From assembly GCA_964016885.1 (NCBI GenBank), contig OZ024740.1, positions 73,346,001 to 73,410,000 on the forward strand: 64,000 nt of DNA, in the 5' to 3' direction. The DNA comes from Eledone cirrhosa. Lineage: Eukaryota. This document shows positions 41,581 to 54,300 of the stretch, in pieces. The notes under the pieces are model-generated. The model saw only the letters and a program-made list of their open reading frames with translations. It made no database searches and had not been told where the DNA came from. Within the stretch, counting starts at the first letter, position 1, and every line of letters begins with the position of its first letter. The position numbers were made by a program, and so were the translations under genes.

Positions 41581-42699
41581 TATATGCAGTAGCACTAAGA
41601 TAAGTTGTGCATAATACTGATCGCATATGAAAACATATGTGATATGTTCATGTGTAATAAACAAATGAGAGCGTCGCTATCAAAGAAAGATACTTTTTCG
41701 GGAACATTTCAGTACCGGTTGAGTGAATGTCACCATTCAGAGATTAACGAATTTTGAAACAGCTTTACTGAGATCAAAATAGATTTTGCGTATTAAACAT
41801 TGAATATTTTTTCTTTGATAACGATGCCCTCGTGTTTATTGTACGTTAGCACATCGCATGTGTTTCCATAAACAGAATAAGGCAGTATTCTGGAATTTTA
41901 TATCATCTTATTAATTACGTTATGGAGGTAATTAATAGAATGATAATATTCCAGAATGCAGCCTTATTCTTCATTCTTATATATAAACATGTTTTATCCT
42001 ATTTGTAAATAGTCGAACGACTAATCAACTTGTCTTGTGTCCTTTTGTTATTATTTTTGTGCACAGAAGCCAGTTGTATCGATCTTCAAGCAACGAAACA
42101 ACGTATCTTTAGCAATCATCTGATGAGTTGGGACTGTCTGAATTTTGTTCGTTATTTCTCTTGCCTTCGCCTGTATTTATTCATTTTGTATGATTTTAGC
42201 ATCGTGTGACTCTTATATATAAGAACAAACAACGAAGTCTCGTTTATATGCATTTATGTTTTTATTGAGTATCGACTTGTTACGCACGTTTCGCAAATGA
42301 TTGGCTCAAGGTCACCTATAGAAGCTATGAACCCGACTCCAGCACCGATCGGACCATCAAACTGGTAATTAAACAAAAAATGAAATGTTTGTTGTGATCG
42401 GGGAAACTGTTGGGTATATAGAAACATCGGCCCTATTTTGCGTGGGTATGTAAACGTTTGAGTGCGTAGACATGCCCACTTGTGCGTGTACATACATGTA
42501 TGTGTGTATGTGATGTGTGTGTGTGTAATTCACTGAATCACCTACACTATATACGTATATATTTATACACACACATAAATTGAAATAGAAATAGAAGTTT
42601 CGCCGTAATATTTTGATTAGATAATGAAGTCAAAATACTACGGCGAACCTTCTATTACTACTCCAATTCTAAACTTCGCTCGCCGCGTTCCAAACATAC

Positions 42700-42746
<47 letters not shown>

Positions 42747-43614
42747 CACACATGCGCACGTAAATGTTAAGACTCAGGAATTTTCCTGAAGTCAAACCTA
42801 CAACGGAATAATCATGGTGTTAGAGAAATATTTATACTAACAATGTCAGACATAATAAATTTACTATTAATCTTTGACTTTCAATCATTGACTTCAGGAT
42901 GTACGTTCTAGCTTCACCGGAAGCAACCGCCATATTCTTATTCATACGGGAAATCGAATTGCTAGGAAATCTGTCAATTATCGCCTGCATTTATCTGTCA
43001 ATTGTCATTTTCCTATTTTATATTGTAAATTAATCTAGTCTAAATTAACGACAGTAATAAATCAACTATCATTATCAGCAAACAATTCAATGACATGGCG
43101 AATTAATGTCTTCATACTTTTAATTTTAGTTTTCTTAATAAAATTCAACAATAAAAACCAGATTAATATTGTTGGCTTGGGACAGACTTATTTCAACAAG
43201 GCAGAGTGGCGCGTTGTGTCCTTGAGCAAGACACTTCATTTCACAATGTTTCTGTCCACTCTGTTTAAAAGGGAAAAAAATGGGCAGCAACTGAGTGTTA
43301 ATCCTATGATGAACTGGCGTCCTGTCCAAGGGGAAATTTTGTACGCTCAGACGCTAAAGGTCAACGAAACCGGTGGTGGTAGTGGGTTGATGGTTCTAGC
43401 GGCGTAGTTATGATGTTAAGGTGGTAAAGGTGTTGTCGCTGTTGGAGGTGGTGGTAGTGTGGTGTTGTCGGCGGTGGAGTAGGTGGTGGTAACAGTGATT
43501 GTTGTATTGATATTGGTGGTGGTGGTGGTGGTGGTGATGATAGCGGTGGTTGGTGGTGGCAGTATTGTTTCTGGTGGTAACGGTGGTTTAGTATTGATGG
43601 TGGTGGTGGCGGCG

Positions 43615-44425
43615 ATAGTGGTAGCTGAGGTGACACTGTTGTTGCTCGTAGTAACGGTGATTGTAACATTGATGTTGGTGGTGGCTGTGTTGTGACACGA
43701 ACTACCCGAAGATTTATACCCGTTAGTCCAACAACTAATTAACTCTAAACAGGGGTGGCTCTTCCATTAAATATTTATTTCTGAATATAACATTTTAACA
43801 AAATTCCAATTGTTATTGATACATAATATAATTTATTGATACGCAATATAAGTATACATCTCTGAGCCTCTCAACCTCACTTCTCACCCCCCCCCCCTCT
43901 CAATACACTATAGTTTTCAATAGATTTTCTTTCTAAGTTTTCAACTGAATTCAAACTAGTGGCGTGAAAAATGTCACCATTTAAAAACCCTTTGTTGTTA
44001 AGAATACCAGTGACAGCTTGTTAAAACAATCATAGCGACGCCAAACAGATGTTTATTATACATAAACATTCCATATATGATTCAATATACAACCCTTGTT
44101 ACGTCTCATATGTCAGAGCATTATATATATAAACAGTAGTAATGCTCTGGGGGTGAGAAGTGAGGTTGAGAGGCTCAGAGATGTATACTTATATTGCGTA
44201 TCAATAAATTATATTATGTATCAATAACAATTGGAATTTTGTTAAAATGTTATATTCAGAAATAAATATTTAATGGAAGAGCCACCCCTGTTTAGAGTTA
44301 ATTAGTTGTTGGACTAACGGGTATAAAGCTTCGGGTAGTTCGTGTCACAACACAGCCACCACCAACATCAATGTTACAATCACCATTGCTATGAGCAATA
44401 ACAGTGTCACCTCAGCTTCCACTAT
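43615..44425. repeat. Inverted duplication with ~275-bp arms (43615-43890 and 44149-44425)
   Basis: Near-perfect reverse-complement match. Confidence 0.9.
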
Positions 44426-44717
44426 ATATAATGTAAATAATTCCTCGTCTCAAAAATATAGAACAGTAATATATATATATATCTTGTTATATTTGGTGGT
44501 GGTCAAGTTGCCAGTATTGCCAATAAAAAGAAACACATTCACCATATAATTTTCACTTTATCTTTATTGCTCGTTATTCATTCATTTGTCGGAGTTCTTT
44601 CATTACACATTCTGTGACCTCCTCAATGATTGTTTATGCCACCTCTTCTTTCTGGTCTTAAACTTCCACTCCACCTTGACTTTGTTTTGTGATGCGTTTT
44701 TCGTGATATATAAACGT

Positions 44718-44755
<38 letters not shown>

Positions 44756-44997
44756 CACACATAGATTTGTATTCCTTAAACAGTTATCGATATGGTATCA
44801 ACCGGAGTGTCGATAAGAAGAGGAACGGTTTTAAATCTACATCCTGCTTATTATATAATCCTGGATTATATAATAAACAGAGGATATACGTTTAAAACCG
44901 TCCCTCTTCTTTATAATATATATATAAAGAGAGAGAATAGAACACTGGAGGATTATATTAGTAGTAGTAGAGCACTCAGTCCATGGGACGAGTTTGG

Positions 44998-45128
44998 TAG
45001 AAGTAGTTCCACAACAGTTAGTTCACCATTCCGAGAACAAATGTTTCACTTTATGCAGATCGAGCTGAGGATCCGCATAAGGTGAAACATTTGTTCTCGG
45101 TATGGTGAACTAACTGTTGTGGAACTAC

Positions 45129-45133
<5 letters not shown>
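44998..45133 (+). mobile_element. ~135-bp palindrome with a core-intact minimal HHR at its apex (45061-45099)
   Basis: CGAG-CTGAGGA-tCC gcataa GGt-GAAAC-ATTT-GTT-CTCG. Confidence 0.78.
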
Positions 45134-45167
<34 letters not shown>

Positions 45168-46748
45168 AGCTTCTACACAGGTTCCATCTCCTCCTATTTT
45201 CGCTGACAAGGTTATAATAGAAATACTTACATAAGATGCCATGGGCTTGAACCTAAATCCGAATGGTTATTAAGCGAGATTCTTAACCACACACCTATGT
45301 CGTCAGTTATTGTATATAAGTCCATAGAACAATGGCGAAGAAGAAAAATAACAACAATTTTGTTCATGGTACCAGAAAATGGTTAATGTATGCTTTATTG
45401 TCATGTTGCATTGGAATAAGCACAATTTTTGGTATAGAACAATAAAAAGATAATTTCTGTATTTTAACAACAAACTTCACTATCTTATAAGATATAACGA
45501 ATGAACCAGCGTTTTTTTTTATGCTAGTGTTATTATTTTCAGTGACTTCACTACTGCAAAATACTATTGCTACTAGCTGAGATATTTGTTCCACAAGGTA
45601 AGTTTTTTTTATCTAGCAAAGACCATCAGAATAGATTGTCTGATGAAAAAGCCACAAAAATAGTTCTGTAATGTTCTTCAAAAGAAAAAAAGTTGTCTCA
45701 GAAAGTATATAGATTCATCAGAAAATAAATTGATTGGTGAAAAGATGCGAGAGGAAAGCAGGAGAATGAAGTATAGAGAGAGGGGGTGATAACTCATGTT
45801 AATACAGTTAACATATCATAAGAGGTTTGTTTAGTGTTTTAAAGATAGAGGATCTAGTCCTATCATGTTGTTGATACAGCTCACACATACGTAAGTTTGG
45901 TTGGCCTCCTACAAGGTTGTAAATCATACGGGGTTTCTTGGATGTTTTGATATGGGCTCCAGTCCTATGATGTTGTTACAATTCACACCTATGTAAGTTT
46001 AACTGGCTGTTTCTGGGTGTTTTAACGAGATGGGACCTTGTCCTATCATATTATTACAGCTTCAACTGGCCTCCTACGAGGTTGTATCTCATAGGATGTT
46101 TTTTGGGTGTATTAATGATAGAGGCTCCAGTCCTATCATTAAAAGACTTCCTCTCTAAGCCAGACGTGAAATGAAGCATCTTGTCCAAGGACGCAATCCA
46201 CCACCCGGGTGGAGAGAGAGAGATGGAAGGAATGTTGGAAAGAGGAACCAGCCGTGGACCGTTAATTCTTGATAGTCATAGAGACATTATCATGACATAC
46301 AGTGTATCATGGAAAATTAAAGCTGGTACAGCCCATCCATCCCCAAGCTGGAACACAGCCGATTTCTTCCTGAGAAATAGAAAGAGAAAAAAGATAGAGG
46401 AAGAACCGACCCCAGTATTGAACTGGTACTTTGTTTTAACGAGTCTGATTAGATGAAAGGCAAAGATGACATCAGCAGGATTTGAACTCAGTTTGCAGAG
46501 AGCCGGAACAAATATTGCAAGGTATTTTATCCAACGTTCTAATGACTCTGCCACTTCACCGCCGTGGAAATAGAGATAACAGAAGATAAAGCCAAAAGAA
46601 GAGACGTTTTTGTTTGTTTTTTGTCAAAATGTATTTCAAATCTTTTGGGTGTGTGTGTGGGGGGGGGGGGGGTGGAAGAACAACAGGAAAGAGAGATGGG
46701 TAGAAGGAAGAAAAAAACTGAAACATTTAAAATAATCTTTTTTGACAT

Positions 46749-46789
<41 letters not shown>

Positions 46790-47374
46790 AAAGTGGTTTA
46801 ACGTTAGGAAGGGCATCCAGCCGTAGAAACCAAGCAAAAAACGGAACATATGAACAGGACGTGGTCACCTGATCCGCCTAGCCCCAGCACGGGATAACCC
46901 ATCTAAGCATGAAAATAGACGTTAAACGGTAATGAATATATATATATATATATATATATATAATGGAAATGTTCTTTTGAAGTGGGAAGGATTCAGATGG
47001 GAGGTGGCTTGTTGTATAAAAAAGAAAAAAGAAAAAAACACATACACAAGACTTCCCAGAACTGACCTGGCACTGGGTAGGTAAAGATTTACAAGATGGC
47101 CAAATTAAAACATTTGTTTTTTTAAGCACACCCAATGTGATGTATTTTTTGGCTTTATCAGCAGTAAGAAACAGTGAATGTGGATACAGTTTACCACTAT
47201 CATATATAGAGAGAAAATATAGCATAATAATTTCATATCACTTTGCACACAGATATATGTGTGCGAGAGAGAAAGAGAGGGGGGGGGGTGTGACGGGAGA
47301 GAAAAATCAACAAAGAAAAACAATACAGTACAATGATATATATTAGTTTAACGTTTGATATAGTAGAAAAAGTG

Positions 47375-47410
47375 TCTTAACGTTTCGGACGTTAGCCCTT
47401 CATCGGAAAA
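47375..47410 (-). ncRNA. Minimal hammerhead variant (CCGATGA core); decayed relatives at ~20350-20385 and ~23520-23557
   Basis: Reverse complement: TTTT-CCGATGA-A-GGGC taac GTCC-GAAA-CG-TT-AAGA. Confidence 0.62.
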
Positions 47411-48084
47411 TAGAATTAGAAGAGAAGAAATAGTAAGATAGACGAAAGCAAGAAAATAACTTTTTTTTTCTCAGGAGAAAAGCATGCGAGTTCATTCATG
47501 TATAGTCGCCACAATGCAAATAATTATAAATATTTATAGTTAACTATTATTATAGTTATCTGCATTGTGGCGATATTATTTTAAAATTTCCTAATGCTTC
47601 GAAAGTCAATTAATTATATATATATATATAGTATTTATGCTAACAATTTGATTTATTTCTGTATTACATGTAGCTTCATAGATATAAACATGTCTACCTC
47701 CTTCACTCTGCAGTTTCGTAGACGTAAATACATCTAACTCTTTAACTAGTTATCTGAAAGAGATGTGTTTATGTCTATGAAACTACATGTAATGCAGAAA
47801 TATGTTAAACTGTTAACATGAAAACTCTCAGCTTTCACATAATGTATTGATTGCTTTCTTCTTTCATTTGTAGCCACAACTATAACTATATATATATATA
47901 GAGAGAGAGAGCGCAGAAATCATTGGAGTACTCAATGCATGGGAAGATGCAGAGTGGGTATAAAGATATGAACTTAACTGCGACAAGTGGTCGGGTTCAT
48001 CTCTCTCTCTCTCTCTCATATATGTGTGTGTGTATCCCGGGTTCAACCGGGGGTAAACACAGTAAGGTACTTACATAGCAGAGT

Positions 48085-48214
48085 ATAAATATTTGATATA
48101 GAAATGGCTTCTACAGGACTAGAACTGTTCCATTCAAAGGAAACCATCAGGAAAGCCTGATGATTTCCTTCGAATGAAACAATTCTAGTCCTGTAGAAGC
48201 CATTTCTATATTAA

Positions 48215-48218
<4 letters not shown>
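48085..48218 (+). mobile_element. Palindrome with HHR-like core at the apex (48157-48190), stem I lost
   Basis: CTGATGA-tTTC cttc GAAt-GAAAC-aattcta-GTC; arms tagaaatggcttctacaggactagaa. Confidence 0.6.
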
Positions 48219-48245
<27 letters not shown>

Positions 48246-49834
48246 AGAGAGAGAGAGTTGATCTTCCAAACGAACCACCTTCTATCAGGGGATAATTGAA
48301 GAGCTTATATTTTTTATTATAGCTATAAAACTACAACAATGACTAAAGAACCAGAAGTTTTGTGCCTAAAAACATTTATCTAACAATTTTATCAAAACTC
48401 CTGGTCACTGTTATAGCTTCACAGCTGCACTGAAATATATATCACTTGACTCATGTACTGAGTTTTGTTTCTCTCATTTGTACAGTAAGAAAATCAGAAA
48501 TTTGAATTGAAGCACCTCAAAAAAGTGATAACCACCATGAAGCTTCAAACATGTTTGTCAAACTAAGAGATCAGACATTACATTTAAATTATTCACTAAG
48601 CTGTATTTTATTATTTGTTAGTTATATCTTCTGAACGTATTTTTGTCTGTAGAGTTTGATAAGATACAAAGGTAACATAACGTATTGCAGCAGTAGAAAG
48701 AATCAGTTGACATTTGTAGTTTCTAAAATTTATATTAGTTTAGTATGATAAAAAAAATAATCAGTACGAGAGAAAGAGAAATGTTTTCAACAGAAAAATA
48801 AAACTGGGGAATATCAAACAAAATTAGAAACAAATTGATTGGAAACAAAACAAAGAGCTTAAGTTTTATTTGTGGTAGGATTTATGTTACTGAAGTTCTG
48901 TTGGTTGATTAGGTAGGATATCTGGCTATAGGTTGATTGAATGCTGGGTTGATGGCTTTCATCTTGGCTAATGGAAGAACCGTTACATAAACTATTGACC
49001 TACAAAATAAAGTAGTCAAATCCTCAGCGTTTATGTTATTGAGTTTCTGCTGGCTTAACAGATCACTAGCACTCAACTATCACTAGCCTACTGGTCAATG
49101 AGGGACATTCTACATGGTCACTTGACCTGCTAGAAATAGTAGCCAGATTCTATGGATTTATGTTACTACGTAACTGGTTCAGAATAGGTTCACCATATCC
49201 CTGCATGTTGTAAGAGGTGACTAAAAGGTTTGGTACCAGGAAGGACATTTGGACATAAAACTTACTACAAAAAGGATGCCATGATGAGTATGAAGCCTAC
49301 ATGATTAAGCCCAGTTTTAGCTGAGAAAATGGCATTTAAACTCTTGTTGTTGGCTGATTAGATCAGATATTTGGTTACCAATTGACTGGTCAGGGGTGGG
49401 TTAATAGTTGACTCCACCTTGGACAATGTGGGAAGAATTTCTATACAGTAGCTTAACTTGCTAGAAATAGCAGCTAAATTCAGTGGATTTATGTTTTTTT
49501 GAGATTTTTACTAGCTAATTATAGAGCTACAAGTTGATTAAATGGTGGTGGGTTGATGGTTGAGTTCACCTTGAATGATGGGGGGTTCTACATAGTAGCT
49601 CAACTTGCTAGAAATAGCAACCAAATTCCCTGGATGTATAATACTGAGGTTTAACTTGTGGCTAGGGTCAATATGATACTAAAGGGTTAAACCTACCCAA
49701 GTACTTGACAGGGATTTCATTTTATCAACCCTGAAAAAATGAAAAGACAAAAATCTTCTTTGAATTCAGGATGTAAAGAGTCAAACCTAAATACTACAAG
49801 ACATATTACTGACTCTGCAGTTTCCAACTTACTG

Positions 49835-50240
49835 TATTACAGATTCTACACAAGACACATTACTAACTCTGTATTAGAGATTCTACACAAGAGACATTAC
49901 TAACTCTGTATTAGAGATTCTACACAAGAGACATTACTAACTCTGTATTAGAGATTCTACACGAGAGACATTACTAACTCTGTATTAGAGATTCTACACA
50001 AGAGACACTAACTCTGTATTAGAGATTCTACACAAGAGACATTACTAACTCTGTATTAGAGATTCTACACAAGAGACACTAACTCTGTATTACAGATTCT
50101 ACACGAGACACTAACTCTGTATTACAGATTCTACACAAGAGACACTAACTCTGTATTACAGATTCTACACAGGAGACATTACTGACTCTGTAATATCAAA
50201 CTTACTGTATTATCCATATTCTACACAAAACACACTGACT
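49835..50240. repeat. Minisatellite, 37/34-bp units (acattactaactctgtattagagattctacacaagag)
   Basis: Period of 37 at 49861/49898. Confidence 0.93.
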
Positions 50241-50689
50241 CTATAGTATTTGACTTACTATATTATAGATTCTACCAATCAACTGAGCTAAAGTTATTAT
50301 ATAATGTAGCAAGTTAGGTGGGGTTATGTATTATTACCAGTTTTACATCCATTTTTCCATGTTGGCTTTTATTGAGCCAGACTTTCTGGGGCAGATTATT
50401 AAGACCAGATGCTGCTTCCTATTGAAAGGTGACTTGGTGGTGGCACAATACTATAAATAAAGCCATAGAAGCTAAAGGATGAACCTGGAAACACTGGAGG
50501 AAATGAGAGCAATATCAAGTAGCTAGGTTTACATAGCTCAGAGAGAAACAGAAAACAAGAGGTTTGTTCATGTTCTACAGTGAGAGGATTAGACATGTCA
50601 AGTGTTCTGGATTGCAATGAGTGTGCCAATGTGAATTGAGGTGTTGTTGGAAAAAAGTGTGTTTGGAATGACATTGGTGCACTTAGTCT

Positions 50690-51590
50690 TACTGATACAC
50701 AATAAAAAGGCCTGGAAATGTTTTTATACTAGGTTGCTGAATGGGGAAAATGTGTGGAAAGAAGAGGAACTATCCTCTGTAAACCCAATACAGGGACCAG
50801 CTAGCAAAGCATGGCTCAAGCTAGTCACTTGCACAGACAACAAGGTAATACATGTATCATACCCAATGACAGGCATAGCAGTATCGTCATACATTGCAAC
50901 AAGGGCAAAAGTGATGCCCTAGAAAACAGCAACTACACAAGCATCAAACTAATAGCTCAAGTTATGAAGGTAACAGAAAGATGTTTAGCACGACTGATTA
51001 GAAATAGAATTAGATGAGATGAGCTGCAGTTTGGATTTGTGCAGGACGGAGTACCACCGATGGACTTTTCTGAGACAGCTGCAAAAGAAGCTTCTAGTAG
51101 AGAGCAAGCCAGTATATTTAGCTTTCATTGATCTGGAGGAGGACTTCGACAAAGTACCACAATCTACAGCTTTTCAGAAATGACTGTTGCTTAATTTGCA
51201 AAAAAGGAGTAGATAGAAATGCTATACAGTGTACCCAGTGTAAACTATAGGTACACAATTGTTGGTATAGCATCACAAGCAAACTAAGAAAAAATATACT
51301 TTGTGTAGGGAAGATGCATAGGGGTATTCAGCAGTAAGCACCAGTGAAATAAATTCTTTCCAATCTGAGGAAGACTCCATAGCAGTAGCTGATAGCTTCA
51401 GTTATTTTGATAATCTAATTAGTAGTGAAGTAAAATGCTCTGAAAGCATAGTAGTCAGAATAAAAATAGTGGAAAAAGTTCAAGACCTCTATTGGCTATG
51501 AAGGAGTTCTGTCTTTATGCAAAGCATAGATTGTATGATGCCTGTGTATGTAGTGCAAGGTTGCATGGTAGTGTGACATAGGTATCTTTA
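50690..51590 (+). mobile_element. Highly degenerate RTE-like LINE remnant
   Basis: KGKSDALENSNYTSIKLIAQVMKVTER..LQFGF..YLAFIDLEEDFDKVP. Confidence 0.7.
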
Positions 51591-52687
51591 CCCTTGTCTT
51601 TCTTGGTCTTCCCCTTCCTTTAATTCCTTCTACATTCATTTCTTCCATTTCTTTCACCTAGTCACTTTCATCCTTCCTCATGTTACAGCCATCTCATTCT
51701 ATTTTCCTCCACACCATTAATCACTGGCTTTATTCCCTAAATCCTCTGGAATTTATAAGTAAAAAATAACATTTATTTATTGTCTTAGTCATAGGAAGAT
51801 AGATATAACCTTTGGCCCTTTCCAATATGCCCATGACTGATATATTTATCCTCACACCAACCAATGAATGCTTGCAGTGGCTGGTTGAGAGGTTTATACA
51901 TTTATAAAAGTGTAAGCTATGTCTCTGTGTTTAGAGTAGATACCCCTTTTCCTTGCAAGTTGTAAGTGGTTATTGAAAGGATTGACACCAGAAATGGCAT
52001 CCAGCTGATAAAACATTGCCTCAAAAGGGACCCTATGATGATTATGAAGCCTGTTATGATGCCCTGCAAGGCTAACCCCTGCTTTAGCAAGGAAAAGTCA
52101 CCTTAAAATGCTTGTTGTGAGAGCATTATCTACAAATACAAACCTCTAACGTTGGCTGAAAATAAAGTCAAAGATTTGATTAACTAAGAATTTAGTGTTA
52201 CTTCTCCATAGCTGCCATTACAATAATGATAATTTGTTAAAATGTGTATGAGAAAAGAAAACAGAAATGTGTGATATAATGAAGCGAACCTTTACATGGT
52301 CATTAGGTCTGCAAGAAATAGTAGCCAACACTCACTTTATTTATATCCTAGGGAAGAGACACATTGAATAATGAGCTTCCTTTCACCTTCAAAAAAAATA
52401 AGAGGTGATGATCATAGCTGGAATTCCTCTGATCATAGGTCTGGGATGCCCTAAAACCACAAAACTAAATGACATCTACTAATATGATTATGGTTACCTT
52501 TGATTCAGCCCAAGATGAATGTTTGCAGGGGTAAGGTATAGTTATTGAATCACTATCCAGCTATTTTATTGACCCCAGAGGACTGTGAGATACTCAGCAC
52601 AAAATGAACATTTCTAGGGATAATATATAGCTTATTGACTCACTAACAGTAAAACGTTCCTGACATGAAAAAACAAAAAAGATCTTA

Positions 52688-52730
52688 TACTCACTGATGA
52701 GTGTCTTTTAGACAGAAACAATTATGAATA
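52688..52730 (+). ncRNA. Isolated minimal hammerhead motif
   Basis: TAcTCA-CTGATGA-G-TGTCT ttt AGACA-GAAA-CAAT-TA-TGAaTA. Confidence 0.62.
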
Positions 52731-54139
52731 AATCAGTACGTTTAATTTTTATACACATTATTTGGCCTTCCAATCATTTGAAATTGCCACGGAGCTATTT
52801 TATGACCCCCAAAGGACTGAAAGATACAATCAACACACTACCTATCCCTTATTGGACTCTTTAAGATCCTAGAAAGAGATTTTACAAGAGAAAGGAAATG
52901 AGATGTTGTAGGGTTCATGCTGCTCTCAATGGTGAATGATATAACTGAAGTGGTTCTAATTTAGAATCAAAATTACATTGTACTTTACATTTATAACCAA
53001 TTTGGTACCAAACCATTTTGTTTTAAAGTATTTAGATTTATCTAAAAACCTTCCATCATAATTTTATGTAAGAACTTTTGTTAAGTTATGTTCCAAACAC
53101 CAGCTTAATAATGAGAAAATCTATTACTAAATCCCTCCAAAATTGTGATTGTTTTTAAAATTAATTGTAAACCATATACAGTGTATTTCATTAGAAATAT
53201 TGGTAAAGAAATGGTAAAGATGTTTATATTTATCAAAAAATTTCTATCATAATTTTATGTAAAAATCTTTATATCTTAAACAACAGCTAAAAATGAGAAA
53301 GTTAGTTATACTAAATACCTACAAATTATTTGAAAACCATAAGCAGTGTTTTCCACTAGAAATATGCTAATGAAAGGGTTGAACAGTTTACCAATGCTTT
53401 ACAGCAAGTAGTATAAAGTTTGTTGTTTAAAGGAAACTGAGATGTTGGTGGTGGTGGTGATGATGCTATTTTTGGTGGGGTGGAGGTGGTAGTGGCGTTG
53501 TTATTGGTGTTGGAGTGATGGTGGTGGTGGTAGTGTTGGCATTGGTTCTAATAAATATTATATTGTTGACTGACACACCACAAAACCTACCAGAGCTCCT
53601 TCTCTCTAACTTTATTATCTGCAGTGGGATTTTTTTAAAGGCTTTAGTCAGAGGATGAATGTTAGACCTCATGAATTCTTTCAGGGATTTCATGGGTGGT
53701 AGGAGGAGAGTTATCGTTAGACAAGAGACCTGGATTCTACTAAGAGGCACCGAAGGACCAGGTGGTGGTGTTAAACCAGAAACTCAACTCACTTAACACT
53801 GCAAGCTAACAAAAATCAGTTGCCAATTATACAATGATCTTGTTGCTTAAAACAGTGCAATGTTCTTTCTCAGAATACACATTCATTGAACATAAAGTAC
53901 TAGCCATGGACACAGCACAACCGTTCAGTACTAACAGTACTTTGGCAGATAGTAGATCAACATCCAATATGTCTGTTCAGTAGCTATAACTATGATTTAG
54001 TATAACAATAGAAACATTACCATTGCATTACACATTTTACTTACTAATATATCACCAAACATAAAAAAAACATCAGTCAGAAATAAGTCTACAGTGGTAA
54101 ACATATTTCATACCATATATGGACTCTACATAACTGTTT

Positions 54140-54300
54140 AGTGCTTAGATAATAACATTTATCACTTAGATAATAATAACAGTTATCACTTAGACAATAA
54201 TAGTTATCACCTTGATAATAACAGTTATCACTGATAAGTTATCACTTACCTAATAACCATTATGACTTAGATAATAACAGTTATCAGTTTATTCTGATAA
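54140..54300. repeat. Degenerate ~21-bp minisatellite (gataataacagttatcactta)
   Basis: Direct sequence. Confidence 0.8.

Noticed and set aside
42115-42250. CTGATGAGTTG...CAACGAAG as a long-stem-II hammerhead
   Set aside because: GAAA is broken and stems I and III are unconvincing
45543-45597. Plus-strand 55-nt exon with AG and GTAAGT ends
   Set aside because: Stops in all three frames and no partner exons
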